Source: Oscillospiraceae bacterium
Lineage (GTDB): Bacteria > Bacillota > Clostridia > Oscillospirales > CAG-272
Direction of reading: 5' to 3'
NCBI GenBank assembly: GCA_015064965.1
Contig: SVRG01000003.1
Location: 1-60,293, forward strand
DNA: 60,293 nucleotides
The notes under the pieces were generated by a model that did no database searches, was not told the DNA's origin, and saw nothing but the letters and a program-made list of their open reading frames with translations. This document shows, piece by piece, positions 53,188-60,293 of this stretch. How positions within the stretch are numbered: the stretch's first letter is position 1; every line of letters begins with the position of its first letter. Position numbers and translations under genes: made by a program.

Positions 53188-55377
53188 TCAGCTTGCCACA
53201 TTCTCGCATTGACGGATGAGGTCATCCTGTTCGGTTTTAGAAAGCTCAACAAAATACACATTCCATCCGCAAAGACGAACCTGGAGAGTTGCATATTTCT
53301 CAGGCTCTGCCTGCGCGCGGCGAAGCACATCGGGTGAAAGCACATTCATCTGGAATGCAAAACCTTTTTTCTTCATATAGGTCGTGAGAAGCGCGTACAT
53401 TGCAACAATGCCCTCGTCCCCCTCTGTAGCAGTGCGATGAAGCATCACATCAAGCACGGTGCCGTCGGGTACACCGGTAAAGTCAATTTCTGTTACGGAT
53501 TTGATAAGCGCAGTTACACCCTCTTTATCCATTGCGGTAACTGCTCCCATATTCTTAGAGAGCATTTCACCCGCCACTCTGCCGTCAGGAGTTGCACCCA
53601 TTCGCTCACCAAATGAAATGCGGTAGTCTATGGAGAAAAGTCCAAGACGGAACACGCCGCCGCGATGATTGGGTTTGCCGTTTACATATTCGGATGCAAA
53701 CGCAACAATGTCCTTTGCAAGCATATCTGGCTCTGCAAGTCCGTTACCGTATTTGGGCATTTTACGAAGCACTCTGCGATGAAGCGCCTCGTGTCCCTCC
53801 CAATTGTTTGCCAAAATCTCTGCAAACTCGGAAAGCGTGAGCGCTTTTTCTTCATATACAAGTTTCTTTACGGCAACAAGCGCATCGGCAGTACTTGCCA
53901 CGCTGAATGCAACTATCGAGGAGTTGCAGTATTTTGCACCGCGGTCATACGCATCGTGTCCGCTTTCCATACACGGTTCATACGTTGCCGAAAGCAGCGG
54001 AGCCTGGCTGAACACAGGATAATAGTCCTCATATGCACGTACAAGGTCCATAGCTCCATCCAAAAATGCCGCAATCTGTTCCTTTACCGCAGCGTAAAAC
54101 TCGTCAAATGTCTTGTATTCATCGGGATCTGTCCGTACAGTTCCTACATAGTTTCCCGTATACGCATCAAATCCGCCGTTCATTACGGTGAGCAGTGCCT
54201 TGGTCATGTTTGCTCTGCCCGCGCATGTACAGGGAACCTCCTTGCCCATTGCACACGGCTCATAGCAACCGATAACAATATAATTTCTCGCATCTGCGGC
54301 ATCCTCGCCGATGCCGACAAGCGCCTCTTCAACCACGTTATCGTTTATAAAAACAAAGCTGTTTTTGCCGTCACGGATCGAAGTAAGAATGAGTTTTACA
54401 AAATCTTCGGGAATCTCATCGTACCAACGCACATGGATTTTCGGGTCGTTGATATCAAGCGAAGAATACTCCTCTACAATTATGTAGGAAAGCTCATTTA
54501 CTGCACCGCTGCCGTCTGCAAGGCGTCCGCCAACGTAAAACGGAACATTGGCAACAACTTTCATAGAATAGAATTTATAGAAATAATAGCGAAGAAGTTC
54601 GCGGAGCTGACTCTCGGTAAATCTGCCGCTCTCAAGGTCGCGTTTAAAATAAGGATAAAAAAGCCGGTCAAGTCCGCCAACAGAGCGGATCGGCTCGCGC
54701 TCAACGTGAGTCTGCAAATTATAGTAGATCATGCAAAGCTGCATTGCCTCAAGCATGGTTTTTGGCGCGCGTACAGTGAGGTTGCGCAAACTCTCGCTGA
54801 CGAGTGTTGCGCGGTCGGTACCGTGTCTTGCCATCTCATCGGCAAGGCGGCGCACAAGCGTAATAGTAGACTCAAGCACGCTTTCCACGCACTCATAAAA
54901 TGTATTCTGCTCCTCGGTGAGTCCGTCCTTTTTGTGTGCGGCTTTAGCTCTTTCAAGAAGTCCTACAAAGCCATAATCCAAAAGCGCCTGCCAATCGGGT
55001 GCTATATGTCCGAGGTCTATATTACCTGTATAGCAAAGCCCCTCCTGACCGTTTTCATGAAGCGCAAGCACATCACGAAGTTCATTTGCGCGAAGGGATT
55101 TAATCCACTCTTCGCGAATTCTTGAAATCAGATAGTCATGGCGAAGTCTTTCGGGGAAAAAGTCTGCCTCGCGCACATCGAGCTGTGCGTTTTCAAGCAC
55201 AAACTTATACATGCGGGTTTTGGCAATAATGCGCGGCAATCCCTCACATTCCTTTGCAATGGCGTGACAGCCATCATGAAGCTCCTTCGGCGAAAGTCCG
55301 CTTTCGGGATTCCATGTCTGCCCATTATATATGGATTCAATTACTTTCTTGTCTTCATCAAAGCGATTCCAGATCAT
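53188..55377 (-). CDS. Glycyl radical enzyme (PFL superfamily, eliminase-like Cys-x-Glu loop), substrate unknown
   Basis: 729 aa. The Cys loop is VIGCYEPCAMGKE and the C-terminal glycyl-radical loop is TLQVRLCGWNVYFVELSKTEQDDLI. The RBS GGAGGG lies upstream of the ATG at 55377. Confidence 0.85.
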   Translation of the reverse strand: MIWNRFDEDKKVIESIYNGQTWNPESGLSPKELHDGCHAIAKECEGLPRIIAKTRMYKFVLENAQLDVREADFFPERLRHDYLISRIREEWIKSLRANELRDVLALHENGQEGLCYTGNIDLGHIAPDWQALLDYGFVGLLERAKAAHKKDGLTEEQNTFYECVESVLESTITLVRRLADEMARHGTDRATLVSESLRNLTVRAPKTMLEAMQLCMIYYNLQTHVEREPIRSVGGLDRLFYPYFKRDLESGRFTESQLRELLRYYFYKFYSMKVVANVPFYVGGRLADGSGAVNELSYIIVEEYSSLDINDPKIHVRWYDEIPEDFVKLILTSIRDGKNSFVFINDNVVEEALVGIGEDAADARNYIVIGCYEPCAMGKEVPCTCAGRANMTKALLTVMNGGFDAYTGNYVGTVRTDPDEYKTFDEFYAAVKEQIAAFLDGAMDLVRAYEDYYPVFSQAPLLSATYEPCMESGHDAYDRGAKYCNSSIVAFSVASTADALVAVKKLVYEEKALTLSEFAEILANNWEGHEALHRRVLRKMPKYGNGLAEPDMLAKDIVAFASEYVNGKPNHRGGVFRLGLFSIDYRISFGERMGATPDGRVAGEMLSKNMGAVTAMDKEGVTALIKSVTEIDFTGVPDGTVLDVMLHRTATEGDEGIVAMYALLTTYMKKKGFAFQMNVLSPDVLRRAQAEPEKYATLQVRLCGWNVYFVELSKTEQDDLIRQCENVAS

Positions 55378-55548
55378 AATGCCCTCCAAAAAAGTTTTCT
55401 TGATTTTAGATTATACCTGAAGGCGCATTTTGTAAATGCAACTTTCATGCAAATTTATATTTTTCGCTCACAAAACGATTATTTTTTCTCGAAAATATTG
55501 ATTTTGTTTGTATTTTTTGATTAAATAGTATTGAAAGGCGGTGAAAAA

Positions 55549-56349
55549 ATGTCAAAGCTTTGCAAAAAGAAGCCTCTTATCGGAGAGTTTTATCAAGCAG
55601 TTGAAGGCGTGATCCACAAGCGTTTTCTCCCTGAAAAGCCCCACGGCAGAGAAAGCGATGCTTTTATATATATTACAGAAGGAAAATGCGTTTATCGCTT
55701 TGCAGACGAAACATTTTCTGCTCAAAGCGGCGATATTCTCTTTTTGGCAAGGGGCGGCATTTATTCTATGGATATACAAAGCGAAGAATACCGCTTTATA
55801 TTTATCGACTTTGATTTTGCCTCAGATGCCCCGTGCAAGCATGAGGTTTTTAAAATGCAGAATGCGCGCGCCACAGAAAGTATGTTCCGCCGTATGCTTG
55901 AAAAATGGCGACAAAAGCGTCTTGGTGTAAAAGAAGAATGCCTTTCTCTGCTCTACTCCGTTTATGCCGAAGTCATAAAGTCCGAGGGCGCGGAATATCT
56001 GCCCAATTCCAAACGTGCAAAACTCGAAAACGCACTGCATTTCATAGCGGAGAATTTTTCAAAAGAAGATCTCACAGTTGAAAATGTTGCTCAGATCGCA
56101 GGCATGAGTCAGTCGCATTTTCGCAGGCTTTTCAAAAGTGCATACCGGATTTCGCCGATAAAATATATAAATATCATGCGTATTGACCGCGCAAAAGAGC
56201 TTATACGATACACAAACGAGTCTTTTTCTGACATAGCCGCAGAGGTGGGATTTGCCAATCTATATTACTTCAGCAGAATTTTCAAAAAAGAAGTCGGGTG
56301 CACCCCAAGCGAATTTAAAGAAGAATACAGCGAATATCAAAAAATGTAA
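55549..56349 (+). CDS. AraC-family transcriptional regulator (divergent from the GRE operon)
   Basis: Cupin-like N-terminus. The HTH reads VENVAQIAGMSQSHFRRLFKSAYRISPIKY...FSDIAAEVGFANLYYFSRIFKKEVGCTPSEF. Confidence 0.85.
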   Translation: MSKLCKKKPLIGEFYQAVEGVIHKRFLPEKPHGRESDAFIYITEGKCVYRFADETFSAQSGDILFLARGGIYSMDIQSEEYRFIFIDFDFASDAPCKHEVFKMQNARATESMFRRMLEKWRQKRLGVKEECLSLLYSVYAEVIKSEGAEYLPNSKRAKLENALHFIAENFSKEDLTVENVAQIAGMSQSHFRRLFKSAYRISPIKYINIMRIDRAKELIRYTNESFSDIAAEVGFANLYYFSRIFKKEVGCTPSEFKEEYSEYQKM

Positions 56350-56378
56350 AAAAGCGACTGCAATGCAGTCGCTTTTTA
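56350..56378. terminator. Bidirectional intrinsic terminator
   Basis: AAAAAGCGACTGCA-A-TGCAGTCGCTTTTT. Confidence 0.85.
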
Positions 56379-57026
56379 TTACAGTTTTTCAAAATCTTCT
56401 GCGCCGTGTTTGCAAAGCGGGCAGATAAAATCGGGCGGGAGTTCCTCCCCCTCATAAACATATCCGCAGATCTTGCAGACATAGCCACTCTTCTTTTCTT
56501 CCTTTGCCGCAGGCTTCGGCTTTACATTATCAAAATAATACTGATACGTCATTGACGGCACGCTTGAAAGTATTTTTGTTTCGCACACGTCTGCAATAAA
56601 CATGGTGTGCGTTCCGCAATCCACAGTGGCAACCACAGCGGCGCTTATCACCGCATTTGTAAACTTTGGCACATACAAAATGCCGTTACCCATGCGGTTT
56701 TCGCTCTCACAATCGGCAAATTTATTTACATCTTTACCGCTTTGAAATCCAAAATGCTGAAATACCTTGAACGGTGCTTCCTCGGAGAGGACCGAAAGAT
56801 TAAATGCATCTGTGCGCATTATCATATCATGAGTGTAATTCTGCTTGTTCACAGTAATTGCAATGCGGCATGGCGAAGAGGTAAGCTGAACAGCGGTATT
56901 GATTATGCAACCGTTGTCCTTCTTTCCGTCGCGTGCGGTAAGCACAAAAAGTCCGTAAGAGATCTTAAAAAGTGCGCTTGCGTCAAATTTTGCCCCGATA
57001 TCGGGCGCATTTATTTTAAAAGGCAT
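56379..57026 (-). CDS. Flavin-reductase-like domain fused to a C-terminal rubredoxin
   Basis: The N-terminal part is a flavin reductase-like fold (GLFVLTARDGKKDNGCIINT). The C-terminal rubredoxin motif is YVCKICGYVYEGEELPPDFICPLCKHGAEDFEKL (CxxC...CxxC). Confidence 0.8.
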   Translation of the reverse strand: MPFKINAPDIGAKFDASALFKISYGLFVLTARDGKKDNGCIINTAVQLTSSPCRIAITVNKQNYTHDMIMRTDAFNLSVLSEEAPFKVFQHFGFQSGKDVNKFADCESENRMGNGILYVPKFTNAVISAAVVATVDCGTHTMFIADVCETKILSSVPSMTYQYYFDNVKPKPAAKEEKKSGYVCKICGYVYEGEELPPDFICPLCKHGAEDFEKL

Positions 57027-57102
57027 ATTTTATCCTCCTCTTGATTTTTATTTAATTATATCATATTATTAAACCAGAATAAACACTTTTCGGAGAAATA
57101 AA

Positions 57103-57729
57103 ATGCAAACTTTTGTTTTCATACTTGAAATAATAGGCACCATTGCTTTTGCGGCATCGGGTGCGATGACCGCCTTAAAAAAAGACATGGACCTTTTCGG
57201 CATTGCGATTTTAGGCATTACAACCGCGGTAGGCGGCGGCGCTTTGCGCGATATTATCCTCGGCAATACTCCGCCAAGTATGTTTGAAAAGCCAATATAT
57301 ACTGTAGTCGCTGCAGTGACCTCTCTCGTTGTATTCTTCCCATTTATACGCCGGACATTTGACAAGAACCAGTACCTTTATGACCACATCATCCGTGTTA
57401 TGGACGCGCTTGGGCTTGCTATTTTCACTGTTATGGGTATCAACGTAGCAAAGACTGTAACTGACGGTCACAATCTCTTTTTGCTTGTGTTTGTCGGTGT
57501 TATCACCGGTGTTGGCGGCGGTCTTATGCGCGATGTTATGGCTGGCGACACTCCGTACATCTTTGTAAAACATGTATATGCGTCGGCATCGATTGCAGGC
57601 GCGCTTGTCTGCGCGCTTTTGTGGGAGCCGCTTGGCGCAGTATTGGCAATGTTCATCGGCGCAACTCTTGTTTTTACGATCCGTCTGCTCGCCGCACACT
57701 ACAAATGGAGTTTGCCGCACGCAAAATAA
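57103..57729 (+). CDS. TRIC/UPF0126-family membrane channel protein
   Basis: It has two internal repeats containing AxxGGGxxRD: TTAVGGGALRDIILG and VGGGLMRDVMAG. Confidence 0.8.
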   Translation: MQTFVFILEIIGTIAFAASGAMTALKKDMDLFGIAILGITTAVGGGALRDIILGNTPPSMFEKPIYTVVAAVTSLVVFFPFIRRTFDKNQYLYDHIIRVMDALGLAIFTVMGINVAKTVTDGHNLFLLVFVGVITGVGGGLMRDVMAGDTPYIFVKHVYASASIAGALVCALLWEPLGAVLAMFIGATLVFTIRLLAAHYKWSLPHAK

Positions 57730-57793
57730 ATTCTTGAACTTTTTAAGGAAAATTATGCATTTTTCCGACTAACTATTGAAAGGAGTGACTTTG

Positions 57794-59122
57794 ATGTTTA
57801 AAAAGCATATCAAATTTACAGCGTTTATTGGCGCAATGCTCTCTGTTTCGCTTTTGGCAAATAGCTGCATAAGCAGCGGTGCTTACACCATTGCGGCTGA
57901 GGCTCGCTATCCCGAAATGGCAAAATATCCGGAGGGAGAAATGCTCCCGGGCTTTGAAGACCGCTATGATGCGTGGCGCGAAAGTATAAAATCTCAACGC
58001 GAAAACTTTGGCGCGGGCGAAAATCTAGGCGAATTCTTTACAAAAACCATATCCAAGTTTCTCTTAGGCAAAGATGATGAAAACCGAATATACTCGCCGC
58101 TGAACGTGTACATGGCTCTTGCAATGCTTGCCGAAATAACCGACAATGAAAGCCGCGATCAGATTTTATCATTGCTAAATGCCGAAGACATTGATGCGCT
58201 CCGCGCACAGGCAAAAAAGATCTGGCTCGCAAATTACTCCGATGACGGTGCGGTTACAAGCATACTTGCATCCTCGCTCTGGCTGAACGATACTGTTAAA
58301 TTCAAACAGGATACACTGAACTCACTCGCAGACAATTACTATGCTTCAACCTACCATGGCAAAATGGGCTCAAAAGGGTTGAATGAGGCTCTGCAGAAGT
58401 GGCTCAACGAGCAAACCGGCGGTTTGCTTAAAGACTATGTTTCAGGAATTGAACTCACTCCTGAAACCGTAATGGCGCTTTACACCACAATCTATTTCCA
58501 GGCAAAGTGGGAAAACGAGTTTTTAAAAAGTGAAACAAAAAAGCAAACTTTCCATGCGCCAAGCGGCGATACTGAATGTGATTTTATGAACAAATCCGAA
58601 ACCTACGGCATATATTACTTCGGCGAAAAGTTTGGCGCAACCCGCCTTGGACTTAAAAATAGCGGATCTATGTATTTTATCCTCCCCGATGAAGGCGTTA
58701 CCACCGAAGAACTCCTTGCCGACAGCGAAGCACTTGGATTTATGGTAGCAAACGGCGATTTTGAAAATTCAAAGTCGCTCCGCGTTAACATTTCCATGCC
58801 TAGATTTGATGTTAAATCCAAAATTGACCTTTCAAACGGACTTAAAAACCTCGGCATTACCGACTGCTTCAATGGCTCAAAAGCAGATTTTTCACCCCTC
58901 CTTGAAGGTGGCGGAGTGTGGCTTGACAGGGTAAACCACGGCGCGCGAGTAAAGGTTGACGAGGAAGGCGTTGAAGCTGCAGCGTACACCGAAATGCTGC
59001 TCTGCGGCGCGGCGATGCCGCCCGAGGACGAGATGGATTTTGTACTTGACCGCCCATTTATCTTTGTTATAACAGGCTCCGACGATCTCCCCCTCTTTGT
59101 CGGCACTGTAAATAATCCCTAA
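57794..59122 (+). CDS. Secreted serpin-family protease inhibitor
   Basis: It has a signal peptide. The serpin hinge and reactive-centre-loop region is DEEGVEAAAYTEMLLCGAAMPPED, followed by FVLDRPFIFVI. The RBS AAAGGAG lies upstream of the ATG at 57794. Confidence 0.85.
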   Translation: MFKKHIKFTAFIGAMLSVSLLANSCISSGAYTIAAEARYPEMAKYPEGEMLPGFEDRYDAWRESIKSQRENFGAGENLGEFFTKTISKFLLGKDDENRIYSPLNVYMALAMLAEITDNESRDQILSLLNAEDIDALRAQAKKIWLANYSDDGAVTSILASSLWLNDTVKFKQDTLNSLADNYYASTYHGKMGSKGLNEALQKWLNEQTGGLLKDYVSGIELTPETVMALYTTIYFQAKWENEFLKSETKKQTFHAPSGDTECDFMNKSETYGIYYFGEKFGATRLGLKNSGSMYFILPDEGVTTEELLADSEALGFMVANGDFENSKSLRVNISMPRFDVKSKIDLSNGLKNLGITDCFNGSKADFSPLLEGGGVWLDRVNHGARVKVDEEGVEAAAYTEMLLCGAAMPPEDEMDFVLDRPFIFVITGSDDLPLFVGTVNNP

Positions 59123-59125
59123 ACC

Positions 59126-59155
59126 AAAAGGCTTGCTACGGCAAGCCTTTTTTTG
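59126..59155. terminator. Bidirectional intrinsic terminator
   Basis: AAAAGGCTTGC-TACG-GCAAGCCTTTTTTT. Confidence 0.85.
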
Positions 59156-59156
59156 T

Positions 59157-59804
59157 TTATTTTATCATCTCTTTGAGTGCCGATATTGCCTCTTTAAGTC
59201 CCCCTACTTCATCAATAAGTCCGCATTCCACCGCTTCTGTGCCGTCAATTATCGTACCGACATCGTTTGCAAGCTCGCTTGTATTGTTCATCATATTTCT
59301 GAAATTCTGCTCATCAACATTTGAATGTGAACATATAAAATTAACTATTCTGTCCTGCATCTTGTCAAAATAATAAAATGTCTGCGGCACGCCGATTATA
59401 GTTCCGGTAGTGCGGACAGGGTGAAGCGTCATAGTTGCACTAGGCACAATAAAGGAGCGCTTGCCGCAAACTGCAAGCGGCACACCTATTGAGTGTCCGC
59501 CGCCAAGCACAAGTGTTACTGTTGGCTTTTTCATTGAGGCGATAAGCTCAGCCAGTGCGAGTCCTGCCTCAACATCGCCGCCCATAGTATTGAGAATCAG
59601 CAAAAGTCCCTTGATATCGTCATTTTCTTCAACTGCGCAAATCAAGGGGATTATATGCTCATACTTTGTAGCTTTTTGCGTACTGTCAAGCACAAAATGC
59701 CCCTCAATCTGCCCGATTATTGAAATGCAATGTATTCCGCCGGCGGTCACTCCGCCGTCTTTTTCTTCATTATTCTCGCCGTTTTTCTTGTTTTCGTCAG
59801 CCAT
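59157..59804 (-). CDS. ClpP-family/TepA-like (SDH-type) peptidase homologue
   Basis: The ClpP-fold signature is IIGQIEGH...LILNTMGGDVEAGLALAELI...GGGHSIGVPLA...TMTLHPVR. Confidence 0.75.
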   Translation of the reverse strand: MADENKKNGENNEEKDGGVTAGGIHCISIIGQIEGHFVLDSTQKATKYEHIIPLICAVEENDDIKGLLLILNTMGGDVEAGLALAELIASMKKPTVTLVLGGGHSIGVPLAVCGKRSFIVPSATMTLHPVRTTGTIIGVPQTFYYFDKMQDRIVNFICSHSNVDEQNFRNMMNNTSELANDVGTIIDGTEAVECGLIDEVGGLKEAISALKEMIK

Positions 59805-59957
59805 TTTTCAGCCTTCCTTGTCAATTTTAATAAAACATATAAAAAGTTTACACAAAAATCTTCATATTTATACATTTACAAATCAAAAAGTTTGTGATAC
59901 AATTAACATTGAAAAAATATGCAAAAATACTATTTATATATAAAAGGAGAAACAATC

Positions 59958-60293
59958 ATGGCAGAGAAATTTTTGGTTGAAACTTCCGCAAGACACGTTC
60001 ACCTCAGCGCGGCTGATATTGAGACCCTCTTTGGCAAGGGCTACACCCTTACCCACAAGAAGGACCTGAGCCAGCCCGGTCAGTATGCTTGCGAGGAAAG
60101 AGTTACTCTCGTTGGTCCTAAAAAGCCCATCGCAAACGTAATCATCCTCGGTCCCGCAAGAAACGCAACTCAGGTTGAACTTTCCTTTACCGATGCACGT
60201 ACCCTCGGCGTTAGCGCTCCTGTAAGAGAGAGCGGCGACGTTGCAGGCAGCGCAGCTTGCAAGCTCGTTGGCCCTGCAGGTGAGGTTGAACTC
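59958..60293 (+). CDS. pduL: Phosphate propanoyltransferase PduL, 5' part; the gene runs off the window
   Basis: Absent from the ORF track because no stop lies in the window. The RBS AAGGAGA lies upstream of the ATG at 59958. MAEKFLVETSARHVHLSAADIETLFGKGYTLTHKKDLSQPGQYACEERVTLVGPK is the typical PduL N-terminal repeat. Confidence 0.8.
   Translation, partial: MAEKFLVETSARHVHLSAADIETLFGKGYTLTHKKDLSQPGQYACEERVTLVGPKKPIANVIILGPARNATQVELSFTDARTLGVSAPVRESGDVAGSAACKLVGPAGEVEL

Noticed and set aside
52290-53345. The long form of the activase ORF (351 aa).
   Set aside because: The first 53 codons overlap the 3' end of the GRE gene. The conserved N-terminus (MNGRILNIKRFEIHDG) starts at 53186, right after the GRE stop.
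53665-55125. A 486-aa plus-strand ORF.
   Set aside because: It is antisense to the glycyl-radical enzyme gene and has no motifs or RBS.
59805-60293. A bacterial microcompartment locus.
   Set aside because: Only the 5' part of pduL is visible. No shell protein is present in the window, so no BMC feature can be called.

Overview
This 60.3-kb window looks like chromosome from a Gram-positive anaerobe. The domain repertoire (dockerin, SLH repeats, copper-amine-oxidase-N 'stalk' domains, a glycyl-radical enzyme, a serpin, PduL) suggests Clostridia, perhaps Oscillospiraceae/Ruminococcaceae; that placement is inference only. All calls come from reading the six-frame ORF track and the raw sequence by eye, with no database search, so family names rest on recognisable motifs and start codons were refined by RBS inspection. 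I call about 45 protein genes. Most belong to glycan-utilisation or cell-surface loci: two GH31 genes, two GH43-like genes, two BNR/Asp-box propeller proteins, a sugar ABC transporter, an amino-acid ABC transporter, very large beta-helix/GLUG/SLH surface proteins and five AraC regulators. Housekeeping genes include aroK, two TrmH-family methyltransferase paralogues, a MATE pump, a TRIC channel, a TepA/ClpP-like protein and a partial pduL. Five regions stand out. (1) The tRNA-Leu/tRNA-fMet locus at 4.8-5.0 kb is followed by a perfect 2 x 143-bp tandem repeat and a third dispersed copy of an unclassified ~68-nt three-way-junction element fused to a mimic of the tRNA-fMet 3' end. These sit in an AT-rich 3.4-kb islet (5.0-8.4 kb) carrying a frameshifted barnase-like RNase, an intact tandem barstar, gene remnants and iteron-like repeats. 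(2) An orphan glycyl-radical enzyme with non-canonical Cys-loop and Gly-loop residues, plus its activase, appears co-transcribed with a 1029-aa secreted propeller protein (49.2-55.4 kb). (3) A five-gene operon (38.4-48.2 kb) has a type-I-dehydroquinase-like gene and an SDR gene bracketing three giant surface proteins. (4) A Rosetta-stone fusion links the 18.3-22.6 kb gene pair to the 49.2-52.3 kb gene. (5) Two TrmH paralogues (about 90 percent aa identity) bracket the GH31 locus as direct repeats. I saw no CRISPR array, rRNA, integrase, transposase or phage structural gene.
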